From a virus, in the IMG/VR virus record IMGVR_UViG_3300005468_000016, positions 28,076 through 92,075 of that record: a stretch of DNA of 64,000 nt; one strand, 5' to 3'. The position numbers were made by a program, and so were the translations under genes. This document shows, one piece after another, positions 49,401-59,680 of this stretch; within the stretch, counting starts at the first letter, position 1; each line of letters begins with the position of its first letter. The notes below the pieces were generated by a model. It was given only the letters and a program-made list of their open reading frames with translations. It was not told the origin of the DNA and ran no database searches.

Positions 49401-51274
49401 GGTCTACTCCGTCAACTCGCGCAGTTTCTTGGCCAGCGCCAGATCGCGACTCGTCGCCAAACTGGCTGATCCAAGTTCCTGAGCATACTCCCGAACTGCC
49501 CGCAACTTCGCGGCGAGCAGGGGCAGGAGGGCGCGGGACTCGGCAATGAACGCGGCGTCATTCCTTCCAACGTCGTTCGTTATGGTTATCTGGTCAGCGT
49601 CATGGACGTGCCAATAAGTATCGTCGAACGTCCATGGACCTTTCGATGCCAGCCGATCCAATTCCTCCGCGCGTTCGATGCAGTCCATTACCACCGCTCC
49701 ATCTCGTTTTCATAAGCCCGCTCGGCAGCTTCTTGTGCGGCCTCGCGATAGTCTCTCTGAAGCGCTTGAAATTGGCGATTGTACTCGGCTTGGTCGATGC
49801 GTCCGTTGCGGAGATCATCGGCGAGCTGTTCCTCTTCTCGATCGTATTGGTTCATCAGAACATCCCCACTTCCGCATCCGGTGCAATCGCGGCGCGGAAC
49901 GCTGCCGGGTGCGTGGTCACATCAGCGAGCATCGACAGCGCCTGCTCTTTGGTGGCATCGAGTCCATGCAATCCGCCGCGTGGCGTCTCGCTGGTTTCGT
50001 TGAAGATGGCCGTTACGCTGGCCTCGCCCCGGTTGATCGTCATCATCACGCGACCGGCGCAGCCCCAGACTAACACTTCAACATCACCGATCCTAGCCTT
50101 GTGTCCGCGATGCTCCGAGGCGCTGTAGTAATCTTGCAGCCAGTCGCCCCAGACGAAGATCCCCAGGGTTTGGACGGCTTCCTGAATCTCGTCCGTGGCG
50201 CTGGCGATCTCTCGGAAGTCGGCGGCATATTTCGCTTTGCCGTCCAAGCGCGCACGGATGTCTTGCCGCTGGCTCGCGCGGTCTTCAGATTGCATCCATG
50301 GCTCGGTCAGGATTCGTTCGTCCCCGACAAAAAGAGCGGCCGGAAGTGTGATGCGATTGCAGAGGCGCTTGGTCTTGCGATACTGGGCCATCCGATCGCA
50401 CAGATCGCAAGCGGGGCACTGTGTCTTGACCAGCACGGGTTCCTTGCCCTTGTCCTGCCGGAAGTGCTCAACCCATCCCTGACTCGCGTCACCTTGGCAA
50501 TCGTCGCAGGTTTTCTTCTCGTCGGATTCCATCATTTCACCTTTGGCGTGGTGGTCTCTTTGTCTCGATACCCAGCCACCCAGTACGGATATCCATTTGA
50601 GCAATTGACACCCGCCATCATGTGGACAAGCTCGACGGGCTTTCCGTAGTAGGCGGACAGATATGCCTCATAGAACAGCGCGGACCGCTTCGGTGCATTC
50701 GATGACATCGCCGCCTGCCGCGCTCGTTCCGACTTGGCATAATCCCATTGCTGGAGACGGTCCGAGTAGACGTAGTTCAGCCCAGGATGTCCGCGGTCAT
50801 CGCTCGGGGGACCGAAAACCGTCTGCGCCTTCCATTCGACTTTGTTGTTAAACCTGTCGTCGGAGTAGTGCGGATCGGTATTGAGCGGCACATCTTTGTC
50901 CGGGGTGCTCGCCACTCTAGGACGTGACAACATGTAATCACCATAGATGTCCATCATTCCCCGTCCTTTCCCTGCGCCGTTTCTTTCGCAATCGCCGCCC
51001 GCAAGGCCGCGATGAACGCATCTTCGTTCGCAGCAGAGCCCGCCGCGATGACACCACCCGTGGGGTCGATAAGTCCCGCCGGCAGGTCGCCCCAGAAGAT
51101 CATCGCATTGAACGGCGGCACGTTTTCGATCTCTTCCTGATGCGGGTTCAGTTTCAGGTGCCACTTGTCGTCAACGCGGCACGCCCACAGACCAGGGAAC
51201 CGATTGAGCGCCTGAAGCCCGCGCGCCAGGGCGAGGTCGGCTATCAGGGAAAAGGCCAGGGATAGTGTCATCAC
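43450..51274 (-). other. Dense block of small accessory phage genes (coiled-coil, Zn-finger, DUF551-like near 46559-46810, Ead/Ea22-like 49404-49694, membrane protein 47981-48376)
   Basis: About 20 overlapping minus-strand ORFs; 'WRDIAGAPRDGT...PTHWQPLPPPP' (DUF551-like); 'ASKGPW...DAAFIAESR' (Ead/Ea22-like). Confidence 0.65.
45042..45332 (-). CDS. DUF4031-like protein
   Basis: 'SHMVSD...ELMEFASKIDMRPEWLQ...HFDI...R.RALRAGCVEV'. Confidence 0.75.
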   Translation of the reverse strand: MIITDAAIDYHGKFKGCSHMVSDLVGEAGHRELMEFASKIDMRPEWLQKAGTEHEHFDIFGGRRDRALRAGCVEVDRKRMVEVFRAKRAALKGQQS

Positions 51275-51960
51275 GCATCTCCTCGGTAGTACGCCTTGAC
51301 ATCCTCGAAACTCGGCCGGTGATTGCGCTCGGGCCGGGACTTGGCGAAGTCGGCGCGAATTGCAAACCGTCGGCCGCGATTCCCGATCAACTCATGGCCA
51401 TGGATCTGCTCAATGACGCCCCGTGCCTCTTCCTGGCTTCGGCACATCAGGAACCCGCTGCCCTTGTGGGTTCGCGGCGGATGGCGCGGGGCGTAGATAT
51501 TGTCCAGCGTCCAAAAGGAGTCTGAGGCGCAGTCCTCCGCGGCATCGACGTTATCAGGCGTCGCTGTCTCGACCTTGTCTTTCAGAAGCCTGAACCGACG
51601 AACGGCATGCGCCGGAGAGATTCCCAGAAGGCCGGCGATGGCATCGGTGATCTGCTTCTCAGATAACTCATAGGGCAGATTACCCACGAAGATGCTCCGC
51701 GACGGCTCCGAAAGCCGAGCCGCCATCGTTGCCGGTCGCTCGCGCTTTTCTGTCAGTCGCTCGCCCGTCTGATGATTGATGCCGCACCAGCAAGAGGACC
51801 ATTCGCGCATGCGGGCGTCGTGGGCCTTGGCGTTCGCTTCATCGTGCAACCGCTTCTTTTCCGCTTCGACGCGCACGACTTCCGCTAGGCGTTCTGCGCG
51901 CAGAGCTTCTTGGACCATCTGCTCTTGTTCAAGCAGCGCTGACTTGGATGGGCGGCTCAT
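51271..51960 (-). CDS. RNA-recognition-motif (RRM) protein with N-terminal coiled coil
   Basis: RNP2 'IFVGNLPY', RNP1-like 'KGSGFLMC', 'EEA..VI..IHG.EL.G...IRADFAK'. Confidence 0.8.
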   Translation of the reverse strand: MSRPSKSALLEQEQMVQEALRAERLAEVVRVEAEKKRLHDEANAKAHDARMREWSSCWCGINHQTGERLTEKRERPATMAARLSEPSRSIFVGNLPYELSEKQITDAIAGLLGISPAHAVRRFRLLKDKVETATPDNVDAAEDCASDSFWTLDNIYAPRHPPRTHKGSGFLMCRSQEEARGVIEQIHGHELIGNRGRRFAIRADFAKSRPERNHRPSFEDVKAYYRGDA

Positions 51961-52139
51961 TCGCTGTCCTTTCCCGCGCTTGGCAGTTTGCCAACGTCTT
52001 TCAATCCGTTCTTGATCGCCGCCTGAATCACCCAGGACAGCGAGCGGTCTAGGCGCCTCGCTTCGGCCTCAATCTTCGCCCGCAGCGATGGCGGCCATCT
52101 GAAACTCGTAACCACCGGACTGTCCGTTTTCTGTTTCAT
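51957..52139 (-). CDS. Ribbon-helix-helix protein resembling the myxobacterial TIGR04563 family
   Basis: 'SFRWP..LRAKIEAEARRLDRSLSWVIQAA...LPS'. Confidence 0.75.
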   Translation of the reverse strand: MKQKTDSPVVTSFRWPPSLRAKIEAEARRLDRSLSWVIQAAIKNGLKDVGKLPSAGKDSE

Positions 52140-52212
52140 TAAGCGTCCTTAAGCACAATGCTTATCATGGGTCGTAAACGGGCGTCAACAAAAATCGCCC
52201 GCCGCTTAAATT

Positions 52213-52240
52213 CCCGCGCCCATCGTCGGACAGGCGCGGG
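52213..52240 (-). terminator. Possible terminator hairpin after the recombination genes
   Basis: CCCGCGCC/GGCGCGGG 8-bp stem followed by AATTTAA; weak U-tract. Confidence 0.3.
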
Positions 52241-52248
52241 TGGGTGGG

Positions 52249-52872
52249 TTAGCGCCTGCGCAACTCGTCGAGGCGGCGGATGTAAAGCTGCGACATGGCG
52301 GGCGGCGCCTTGTCCTTGATCGCGGCCCAGGCACGGTCCAGGGCATCGGCGTCGGTCGGTTCGGCGAGCGCGGCTTCCATGGACTGGAGGTCGGAGGGGG
52401 ACAACTCCGGCTCGATCTTTGGCGCCGGCTGCGTCCCGGTCGGCGCCTGCGCGGTCGGCTGCAAGAGATAGATCTCGGGCCGCTTCCGGCGCGGGCGCTT
52501 GATGCTGACTTCGATCGTGGAAGTGAGCGCCGGAGAACCACAGACCCGGATGCCGCCCTTTTTCTCTTTTCCGAACATCACCGACGGGTCATAGGCGATC
52601 GTGATGAGCTTGTCCGTCCACTTGGCATAATCACGCCCATGGATGTTGGCCGTCAGCAGGGCGTTGGTCTTGTTCCAGACCAGTTGATTCTCCTCGATCG
52701 CCCCCGTCTTCTTGTTGCGCATCTTGACGGTCAGGATCGCTTTCAGCTTCGCGTGACCGTCATCGTCTTCGAGTGGTTCTCCGACCATGGACACGATCTT
52801 GACCGTCGTCGGTCCTTCGAGCGTGACGCCCTTAACGAAACGACCCGGATACAGTTCTTCGAAATCAGGCAC
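52249..52872 (-). CDS. Putative ssDNA-binding/annealing partner of the exonuclease
   Basis: 'LVWNKTN...G.....W..K.ITI...V.FG.....GIRV' pattern; coupled to the RecE-like gene. Confidence 0.55.
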   Translation of the reverse strand: MPDFEELYPGRFVKGVTLEGPTTVKIVSMVGEPLEDDDGHAKLKAILTVKMRNKKTGAIEENQLVWNKTNALLTANIHGRDYAKWTDKLITIAYDPSVMFGKEKKGGIRVCGSPALTSTIEVSIKRPRRKRPEIYLLQPTAQAPTGTQPAPKIEPELSPSDLQSMEAALAEPTDADALDRAWAAIKDKAPPAMSQLYIRRLDELRRR

Positions 52873-53725
52873 GGTTCACCTCTTTCCCTGTGACTTCCCA
52901 CTCTTCATCTTCGCTCATGAGCACATACGCGGGCGCGGACAGCATCTGCACGCCTTCATATCTGCCCGGCCACTTGTCGCGTTTCTGGCACTCGACAAGC
53001 AAGTCCATCAACTTGTCCACCTCTTCCTTGGCCGCATATCGCGTCTCCGCGCACGGCTCGAACATGGATACATCATGTGGCTCATCCGATTCCACCGCCG
53101 CGAACAGAAACGGGATGTCATCCGGCTTCTTGCCCGTCGCGTGCGCCAGCCCCATCGAGTAGAAGTGCGCCTGATGGAAGTATCCCAGGTGCCAAGCCTG
53201 ACGCCCGAAGTTGCGCAGTTCCCCCGAGCGCGTGCTTTTCAGGTCTAGCAGCAACTCCTCGATTGTGATCCAGTCCGCACGCATCTTGCAGACCAAGCCC
53301 GTGCGCTCATCCGTCCAGACGATCGGAATCTCGGCCCGGCCACGACTCGGTGCGATGAACTGGCGGGCGCAGGCATTCGTCGCGATGGCCTGCGCGCAAC
53401 CAAGTGCTCGCGCTTCCTCTTCCGGGTCCAGAATCGTAATAGACTGCGCCGCCATCTCTTCTTGGAAAGCGATCCAGTTCTTTTTTGCGCCCTCGCCCCT
53501 GGTCTTGCTCTCGCGATAGACCACGAACCGTTCGTCATACTTCTCGGGCTCGAACACCAGCGTATGTAGCGCGGACCCGGTACGGAGCGGTGGCGAACTC
53601 TCGCGCTTGGCCGTTAGCGCGTGCTTGTAGTGCAATGGACTCTTGCGCATGTGGGCAAGTGCGGACCATCGCACGCCTGGGTGCGCGTCGTATTCTTCGG
53701 GGGTAATTTCTCCGGGGTAGCGCAT
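52865..53725 (-). CDS. RecE/exonuclease VIII-like PD-(D/E)XK nuclease (DUF3799-like)
   Basis: 'SPLHY', 'GSALHTLVFEP', 'CKMRAD', 'DLKST', 'GYFHQAHFY', 'FLFAAVE..EP'. Confidence 0.85.
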   Translation of the reverse strand: MRYPGEITPEEYDAHPGVRWSALAHMRKSPLHYKHALTAKRESSPPLRTGSALHTLVFEPEKYDERFVVYRESKTRGEGAKKNWIAFQEEMAAQSITILDPEEEARALGCAQAIATNACARQFIAPSRGRAEIPIVWTDERTGLVCKMRADWITIEELLLDLKSTRSGELRNFGRQAWHLGYFHQAHFYSMGLAHATGKKPDDIPFLFAAVESDEPHDVSMFEPCAETRYAAKEEVDKLMDLLVECQKRDKWPGRYEGVQMLSAPAYVLMSEDEEWEVTGKEVNRA

Positions 53726-53959
53726 TAGCCACCCCACGGAGTGAGCACGCTGACGCGCTTGGTCCAGATCTTGTAATACTTCACATATCCGTTCCGCTCA
53801 CTGCCGAGAATCTTGACCCATCCATAACCGTCGGCCGCGTGGTAACTGGTGTCGAACCGTGACCTTGACATGCTATCTCCTGTGTTTACGAACCGACCGC
53901 CGCAACCTAAGACGCCCCAGGAACTCGCGACGCATCCGCAGCCATTCGGAGCGCGACAT

Positions 53960-54145
53960 CTAGCCCTCACCTCTGTCAGTCTCAAGATCTCTGATGCGCT
54001 CCCGGGCAGCTTCTAGATCTGATTCCAATTCTTCGATCTGCTTTGCGAGATTCTTGATTTCGTCTTCCTGGCGTTTGGCATACTTCGCGAGAGCATCGCC
54101 GACCGATTCAACATCGTCGGCATCATCGAGTTCATAACGTGCCAT
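53960..54145 (-). CDS. Small acidic coiled-coil protein
   Basis: GGAGGAG RBS; heptad pattern. Confidence 0.6.
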   Translation of the reverse strand: MARYELDDADDVESVGDALAKYAKRQEDEIKNLAKQIEELESDLEAARERIRDLETDRGEG

Positions 54146-54672
54146 CGTTCTCCTCCGTCCGTGGGTCTAACAAGCCCGCATTGCCCGGCGGGTCCGGGTT
54201 GGGAGTTCTTCCGCCTCCCGATCGGCTATGTGGCCTCCGCTGCCCCACCTATCCGGGTTAGGCTTTCCCTGACACACTCGGCAGTGTCAACGCCGGGCCC
54301 GCTTCTACTTGCGATCCGGCGGGCGCGGTCTTGCTGCCACTCGATGAAGTTCGTTCACAATTTATCGAGGCGGACTCACGCACGTTTCCCTCTCTAGGCG
54401 TGAACTACGAATCCTCTCGACGCGGCCCAACCGTGTTCCCATTTCGAGTCCGCCCGCAATCTGCTGGCCTTACCCGCGCCGGGGATGCTCCGGACTTACT
54501 GGCTATCTTGCCGCGGGATCGGGCGAGTAGAGGACCCTACAGGGTGAAGACCCCATGAGAGTCGCATGCTCAAGTGGATGAATCGTCGGCGCCTCCTGTG
54601 TTTTCGACCTGGGTGTCATAGGCCCTGTCGAATCTGCGGCTTATATCGCTGGGCGGACTATTCCGGCCAGCA
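54146..54672 (-). ncRNA. Candidate structured non-coding RNA / leader (about 525 nt)
   Basis: No credible minus-strand ORF; chain of stem-loops including 9-bp helix 54369-54377/54446-54454. Confidence 0.4.
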
Positions 54673-57445
54673 TTATCCGTTCTCTTTAACCCACTCGCGG
54701 ATCTCGCGTTCCGTCCGACAGCCTGACCTGATGGCTGCCTTGATTAGTTTCTCCGAGCAACCGAGCGCGATGGCCAGCGGTGCGACCGCGATGCCTGCCA
54801 CGGTCCCGACCACTTCGCCGGCCGCCTCAAGGATATCACCGAACAGTCCCATGTTCACTCCTTTGCCACGCACTCCGCCCTCAACTTGGCACCGAGGGCG
54901 TAAAGGTCCGGATCATCGCGGCGGTCCTGCCCTTGTCCACTGAATGCGGCATGCAGCGTTTCAATATCGTCGGCGGTCAGGCCAAGCGCCATGCATGCCG
55001 CCTTCACCAAGACGCCATCAGCATCCATGCAGAAAGTCTTCAGAAGGCTGACGCTTCCGTGACACCGCGCGTCGCCAGTGCGAACCGGATAACCGCGGCG
55101 TTCGGCTTCGGTAATCGCCTCCCTGCACAACCGCTCGACCTCGGCGAGTTTATCGGCCGTCATCATGTCCTCCCGCAAGCACCATGAGTTGTTCCGCCAG
55201 CGTCTTGAGCGCGTGCCGAGCCGCCGCCAGTTCCGACTCAAAGCCGGGGTGCGCGTTTAGGTCCAGGCCCAAGCCCAGTTTATAGGGCGCGTTGTCGGTG
55301 GTCCCGCTCGCGTCCACGCACCAGTACCAGCGCGTGCCGATGAACCTGCCGGCGTCATAGTTGCGCGCCTCGCTGAGATGGAATCCGCAACGGCGCGCGA
55401 TGCTGAGCGTCATCGTCTCGGGGGCCGCTGCGAAGTCGCGCTCGAACGACGGATTGTTGCGAACGCGGAGGCCGGGTTCTGTGCGGTCCATCTTACACCT
55501 CCCCCAACTTCGCAATGAGCGCCTCGACCTGAACCGACTCCATCTTGGCGACCTTGCCACGCAGCCCTTGTAGCAGAGCGTCCGCCCGCTCGTTCAGTGC
55601 CTTGCGCTCGTTGTGGAAGCGCCACTGCTCGGCATTCTCGGCCATGGCTTGGTCTGAGTAGGGTTCGATGCTGCCAGTGAACCAGGAATCGCGACCGCGC
55701 ACCTTGCCATCTGTGTCGCGCTCCTCTCTGCCATCGAGGACCATCCACTGTCGCACGTCCCCGCCGCAGATCTTGGTCACGGTGCGGACTTGCAGTTTCG
55801 CCGGCTCGATCATTCTGCTGTCGATTCGCTCAATGACCTTGTCGCCGACGTTCAGCGTGAACGGTTGGTGTCCCCAGGGCTTGATGGTGATGTCGGTTCG
55901 CATCTTACTCCTCCTCGTACCGCATCGTCGGGTGATACTGCGACGCGATACCGGGCGGGTCCGCGGTCACAAGCCAGAGCGCGAAGGCTTGCAGTTGCTT
56001 GCCCGAGAGCGATGGCATGCCATCCTCCCACAGAGGGCCATCATCTGGGTCATGTTCTCCCTTGCTATCAACATCGCCCTCGCAGTACGCGAACGACCAG
56101 AGCGTGCCGCCGTCTGATGTCGAACCAGCATCTTCGGCGCGGATGGTGAACTCGACGCGGCGACCGTAGGTGACTTTGTGGTAGTGGGGCTCGGGCTTCA
56201 TCTCATTCTCCTTATCGCAGCCACGACGGAATGGTTGCCTTGATTGCGCGTAGGTAATCCAGAACCTCATACCTGAGCGAGAACCAGCGCGACTTGCCAT
56301 CCTGCGTTACGGTGTAACCGTGCAGGTAGTTCCCGGTGATTGCGGTCTCGGTCGTCATGGTGTCCTCGGGTTAGGCGATTACTTGGGCCACGCCAAGTCA
56401 AGGGCGGTCATGGCATCGTCGAGCGCACGATAGGCCCCGTAAGCCAAGCAGAACTCTTGAGACTTCCCGATGCACTGACTGGTCCCGTTGTCCGGGTCGA
56501 TGCCGTGCCTTTTTTCAAGATCGACGATGCGATCCGAGAGGTACTTGGCTACTGTCGCTTTGCTGAATCGTTCGTTGGCCATCGGTGTCCTCGGGTTAGG
56601 TGCGCGGCTCAACTTCGATCCATTTGGAACCGAAGTCTCCTTCGTGAAGTGCGGTCTTGAACATCGGCAGGGCGGCACGATACTCGGCCAGCATCTTGAG
56701 CCGGTCCTCGCCAGCCCCGCGAGAAGAAACCATGCAGCCGACGCGACCGCCGCCAAGTTCGGCGCACTTGAACCCCCCTACGTGGAGGCGCCGAATCTTG
56801 CGCGCCTTGGAAAATCCAGCTTTACCAAGGATTCGGGACACGTTTTGAGGGGTACATTTCAGCGCACTGAGTTGTCCGCCGTTGCTGAGATGATTGGCCA
56901 TTGTCGTGTCTCCTTACGCGGCCCTCGGGTTAGCGCTGGGCCATTTCGTCAGACTTCATGGTGCGCGTCTCAAAGCACGCTTGACGCACGGCGAGTTGAA
57001 TCTGCTTGGCTACATTCAGGTGGATTCCCTGGGGAATCAACTGGATGATGTCGCTGGCCGCTTGGGCAACGATCGATTCGTAGGTCTTGAAGGCCATCTC
57101 TCTCTCCTTGGGTCCGGGTTAGGCTGATTGCGCGGCGGTCTCTGCGATCTTCGCGTTGAACCGAGCGTAGTGTGACCACTTGCGGTGAATCGTCAGGTAC
57201 TCAGCAGAGAACCAGTAGCACACCATCTTGCCAGCCAAGAGGCCCTGACCGTGGACGCGAACCATGACCTTGCGGCCAGTCCTGGACACCTGGTGAACCA
57301 CACACGCCTTGAACTCGTAAAAGGCGCTGCTTACGGTGTCGCCGACTTCGATCGTCTGCGCGGGCTTCTGGGAATCAGCGGAGAACAGCGCGGCGATTTC
57401 GTCTGCGGCTACCTGGGCTTCGGTCTGGTTCGTGATGGCGTCCAT
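54673..57445 (-). other. Early operon of small hypothetical genes (including 56930-57097 and about 56212-56358, absent from the ORF track)
   Basis: Strong RBSs, short spacers, downstream of promoter at 57668-57696. Confidence 0.65.
56359..57123 (-). repeat. Repeated intergenic motif CTAACCCG at four consecutive gene junctions
   Basis: 17-nt identical CCTAACCCGAGGACACC at 56359-56375 and 56584-56600; partial copies at 56923-56933 and 57114-57123. Confidence 0.7.
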
Positions 57446-57466
57446 GTGTTCGCTCCTGCGGCTTCG

Positions 57467-57661
57467 TTAAACAGAGAGACTCTGACCGTTCGGTCCGTAG
57501 CTGCGCTTGGCCAGCCACATCTCGGCGCCCTTGCGAGTCTTGAACGTCTTGGATTGCGTCAGGGTCAGCGCCATGAAGCCGTCGCGCTGCGGGAGATGCC
57601 AATCGAGCGGCTCTCATTGTTTCCAAGGTCGATTTCGCGGTGGGTTTCGGTTCGGTTCCAT
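57467..57661 (-). pseudogene. Frameshifted DUF1391-like gene
   Basis: 'IDLGNNES.SIGI' and 'DGFMALTLTQSKTFKTRKGAEMWLAKR' lie in different frames; ATG frame stops after 15 codons. Confidence 0.6.
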
Positions 57662-57667
57662 GAATCA

Positions 57668-57696
57668 AAGCTAATTCAGGCCCAGACACAAGTCAA
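57668..57696 (-). promoter_or_regulatory. sigma70-like early promoter
   Basis: TTGACT-N17-TAGCTT-N6-ATG(57661), AT-rich upstream element. Confidence 0.7.
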
Positions 57697-57715
57697 CATT
57701 TATTTTGCAACTATT

Positions 57716-58069
57716 TCATTCTACCGTCGGAGAATATTTTTCGTAGCGGCTGTTTTCTGGCAGCGAATAGCCGTCCATGGCCATGCGCCGAAGGTTTTGC
57801 TGTACGCTGTGCAGTTTATCGTCGAGAGCGCTGGCGATCTCCGTCGGCATGAACCCAGACCAGTGAAGTTCGAGCCGCAGTGCCGCTTTCTTGGTCGGCG
57901 CCTTGGTCATGCCTAGTTTGACGCCTCGCCGTCGAGACAAGCCCAAAACCTCGGCGATGTAGCGGACCCGGCCTATCGTCACGCCCTCATACCGCCCCGC
58001 AATCTCCCGGTACGTCTTGCCCGTCCCGAGGTCGGCGATGATGGCGGATTTGATCTCTGGCGCGAGCAT
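57716..58069 (-). CDS. Double-HTH DNA-binding protein
   Basis: 'GKTYREIAGRY.GVT...V' and 'GFMPTEIASAL...V'. Confidence 0.6.
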   Translation of the reverse strand: MLAPEIKSAIIADLGTGKTYREIAGRYEGVTIGRVRYIAEVLGLSRRRGVKLGMTKAPTKKAALRLELHWSGFMPTEIASALDDKLHSVQQNLRRMAMDGYSLPENSRYEKYSPTVE

Positions 58070-58729
58070 CACCCCCCCCACATTAGCGGCGCCATCCTAG
58101 CCAAAATGCGCAGCGGATGATCGTCGGGTAGTTCAGGACGCGCGGGCGCCCGAACCAACCCCGGCACGTCGATGATCTCGGCTTCCTTCGCCTTCGGTTG
58201 CGGCTCAGGCGCTGGCTCTCGGGCCTTTCGCTCTCTGGCCGCCTGCTCGTCGATCGCCTGCATGCGTCTGCGGTGGCGTCGGAGTTTGGCTTTACGCTTG
58301 TCGCTGGCGGCGCTCATAAATCCATCCACCATTCGTATTGCTCTCGGGCAAAGATCGGGCGGCTGTCCTCTTTGCCGCAAGCACAGCGGTATACAGCACT
58401 GCTCTCGTGACAGTGAGAGAACTCGAATCTGTGCTCGCACCTGTCCTGCTTGAACCGCGGTCGCGGCTTCGGGCCGATCGTGTCCAGGTTGCGCACGCCT
58501 TGCCGAGTGAGTTCAGCCATCTATGCCCTCCCCATCTCGAACTTCCACCCAATCACCGTCCCAGAGTAAAAGAACATCAGCGCCAGACTCACCGCCGCGT
58601 CACCGACCACGATGCCGTCGAGCCCAAGGTCCACGCCCTGGCTTCGTTTCGTGCCCAAGAAATCGCGCCAGTCGTCCTCTGTCATCCAGGGCGCCCGCAG
58701 ACCTTGGGCGGGGAGGGTGTCGAGGGGGG

Positions 58730-59329
58730 TCATAGCGGCAGTCCTTGCTGTCCGATGTCTTCGGCGCGCACGACCTTGATGCCGGGCTTGATGATTCCTT
58801 CGGCCCAGATCATCCAAGCATAGGTGGAACTGTCGGTTGAACCCGCGCCGATGAAGTCGATCCTGGGTAGCACCAAGATCGCAGTCGGCGGCATTCTGGT
58901 AAGCCACTGTCTCCCGCCCGTCGGCTCAAGGAAGGTGAGGCGTAGCAGCAACGCAACGCTGAAGCCTTGCTCAAGTGCAAGGTGCGCGATATCGCCAGCC
59001 CGGCCGAAGGGCGGATTCGTCACTACCCAGGCTTTAGTTCGGGGCCGATTTGACCAGAATTGCCAGGTTTCAATGCGCGTGGCGTCGAGGTGATTCCATG
59101 CCGCTATCGACTTGTGATCGATGTCGTTCAGCAACTGTGATTCGAACCGATCGCCGATCGCTTCTGCCATTCGTCCGTCACCACAACAGGGATCGATTAG
59201 CAGGTCGCCTCGCACTTCTTGGAAATGTTCCAGCAGCGCCTGCGTTGCCAGCGGAGGCGTCAGATAGCGATCATTCTCTCGCCGCTTGCTCGGCTTCTTG
59301 GCCGGCGCTGTCTCAGGAAAGAGCGTCAT
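58730..59329 (-). CDS. Phage amino-(N6A/N4C) DNA methyltransferase-like protein
   Basis: 'YLTP', SAM motif 'DPCCGDG', catalytic 'VTNPPF', 'LLRLTFLE', 'YAWMIW'. Confidence 0.8.
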   Translation of the reverse strand: MTLFPETAPAKKPSKRRENDRYLTPPLATQALLEHFQEVRGDLLIDPCCGDGRMAEAIGDRFESQLLNDIDHKSIAAWNHLDATRIETWQFWSNRPRTKAWVVTNPPFGRAGDIAHLALEQGFSVALLLRLTFLEPTGGRQWLTRMPPTAILVLPRIDFIGAGSTDSSTYAWMIWAEGIIKPGIKVVRAEDIGQQGLPL

Positions 59330-59680
59330 CTCGCCCCCACCAACGCCCGCGGCGCCGTCTCAAAAACAGGTCCGCACTTGGCCAGCGACGCCGCGAACAT
59401 CAGAACGGTCGCGAGCAACCACGCGCTCGCGGCGGATTGGGACACCTTGCTCATTCTGGCCTCCATATCTCCTCGGGGTCGAATCCGTACTTGACGCAGA
59501 TGGCGGTGCTGTAGCCGCTACCGTGGCCAAACAAACCACCGACGCGAGACCATAGAGGTGCGGGCGATTGGCGACGCGATCGTCCGTTCCGGTAGCGCCG
59601 GAGATTGTTGATCGCCGCCTTCACCAACTCTTCATCGCTGGGCAACTTGGCGATCAGTTCCTCTATGGTCTCGGCCATGG

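Noticed and set aside
54600-54640. tmRNA 5' end (GATTCGACAGGG) or group I intron in the 54-kb gap
   Set aside because: No matching acceptor/T-arm or tag frame, and no convincing intron core elements.
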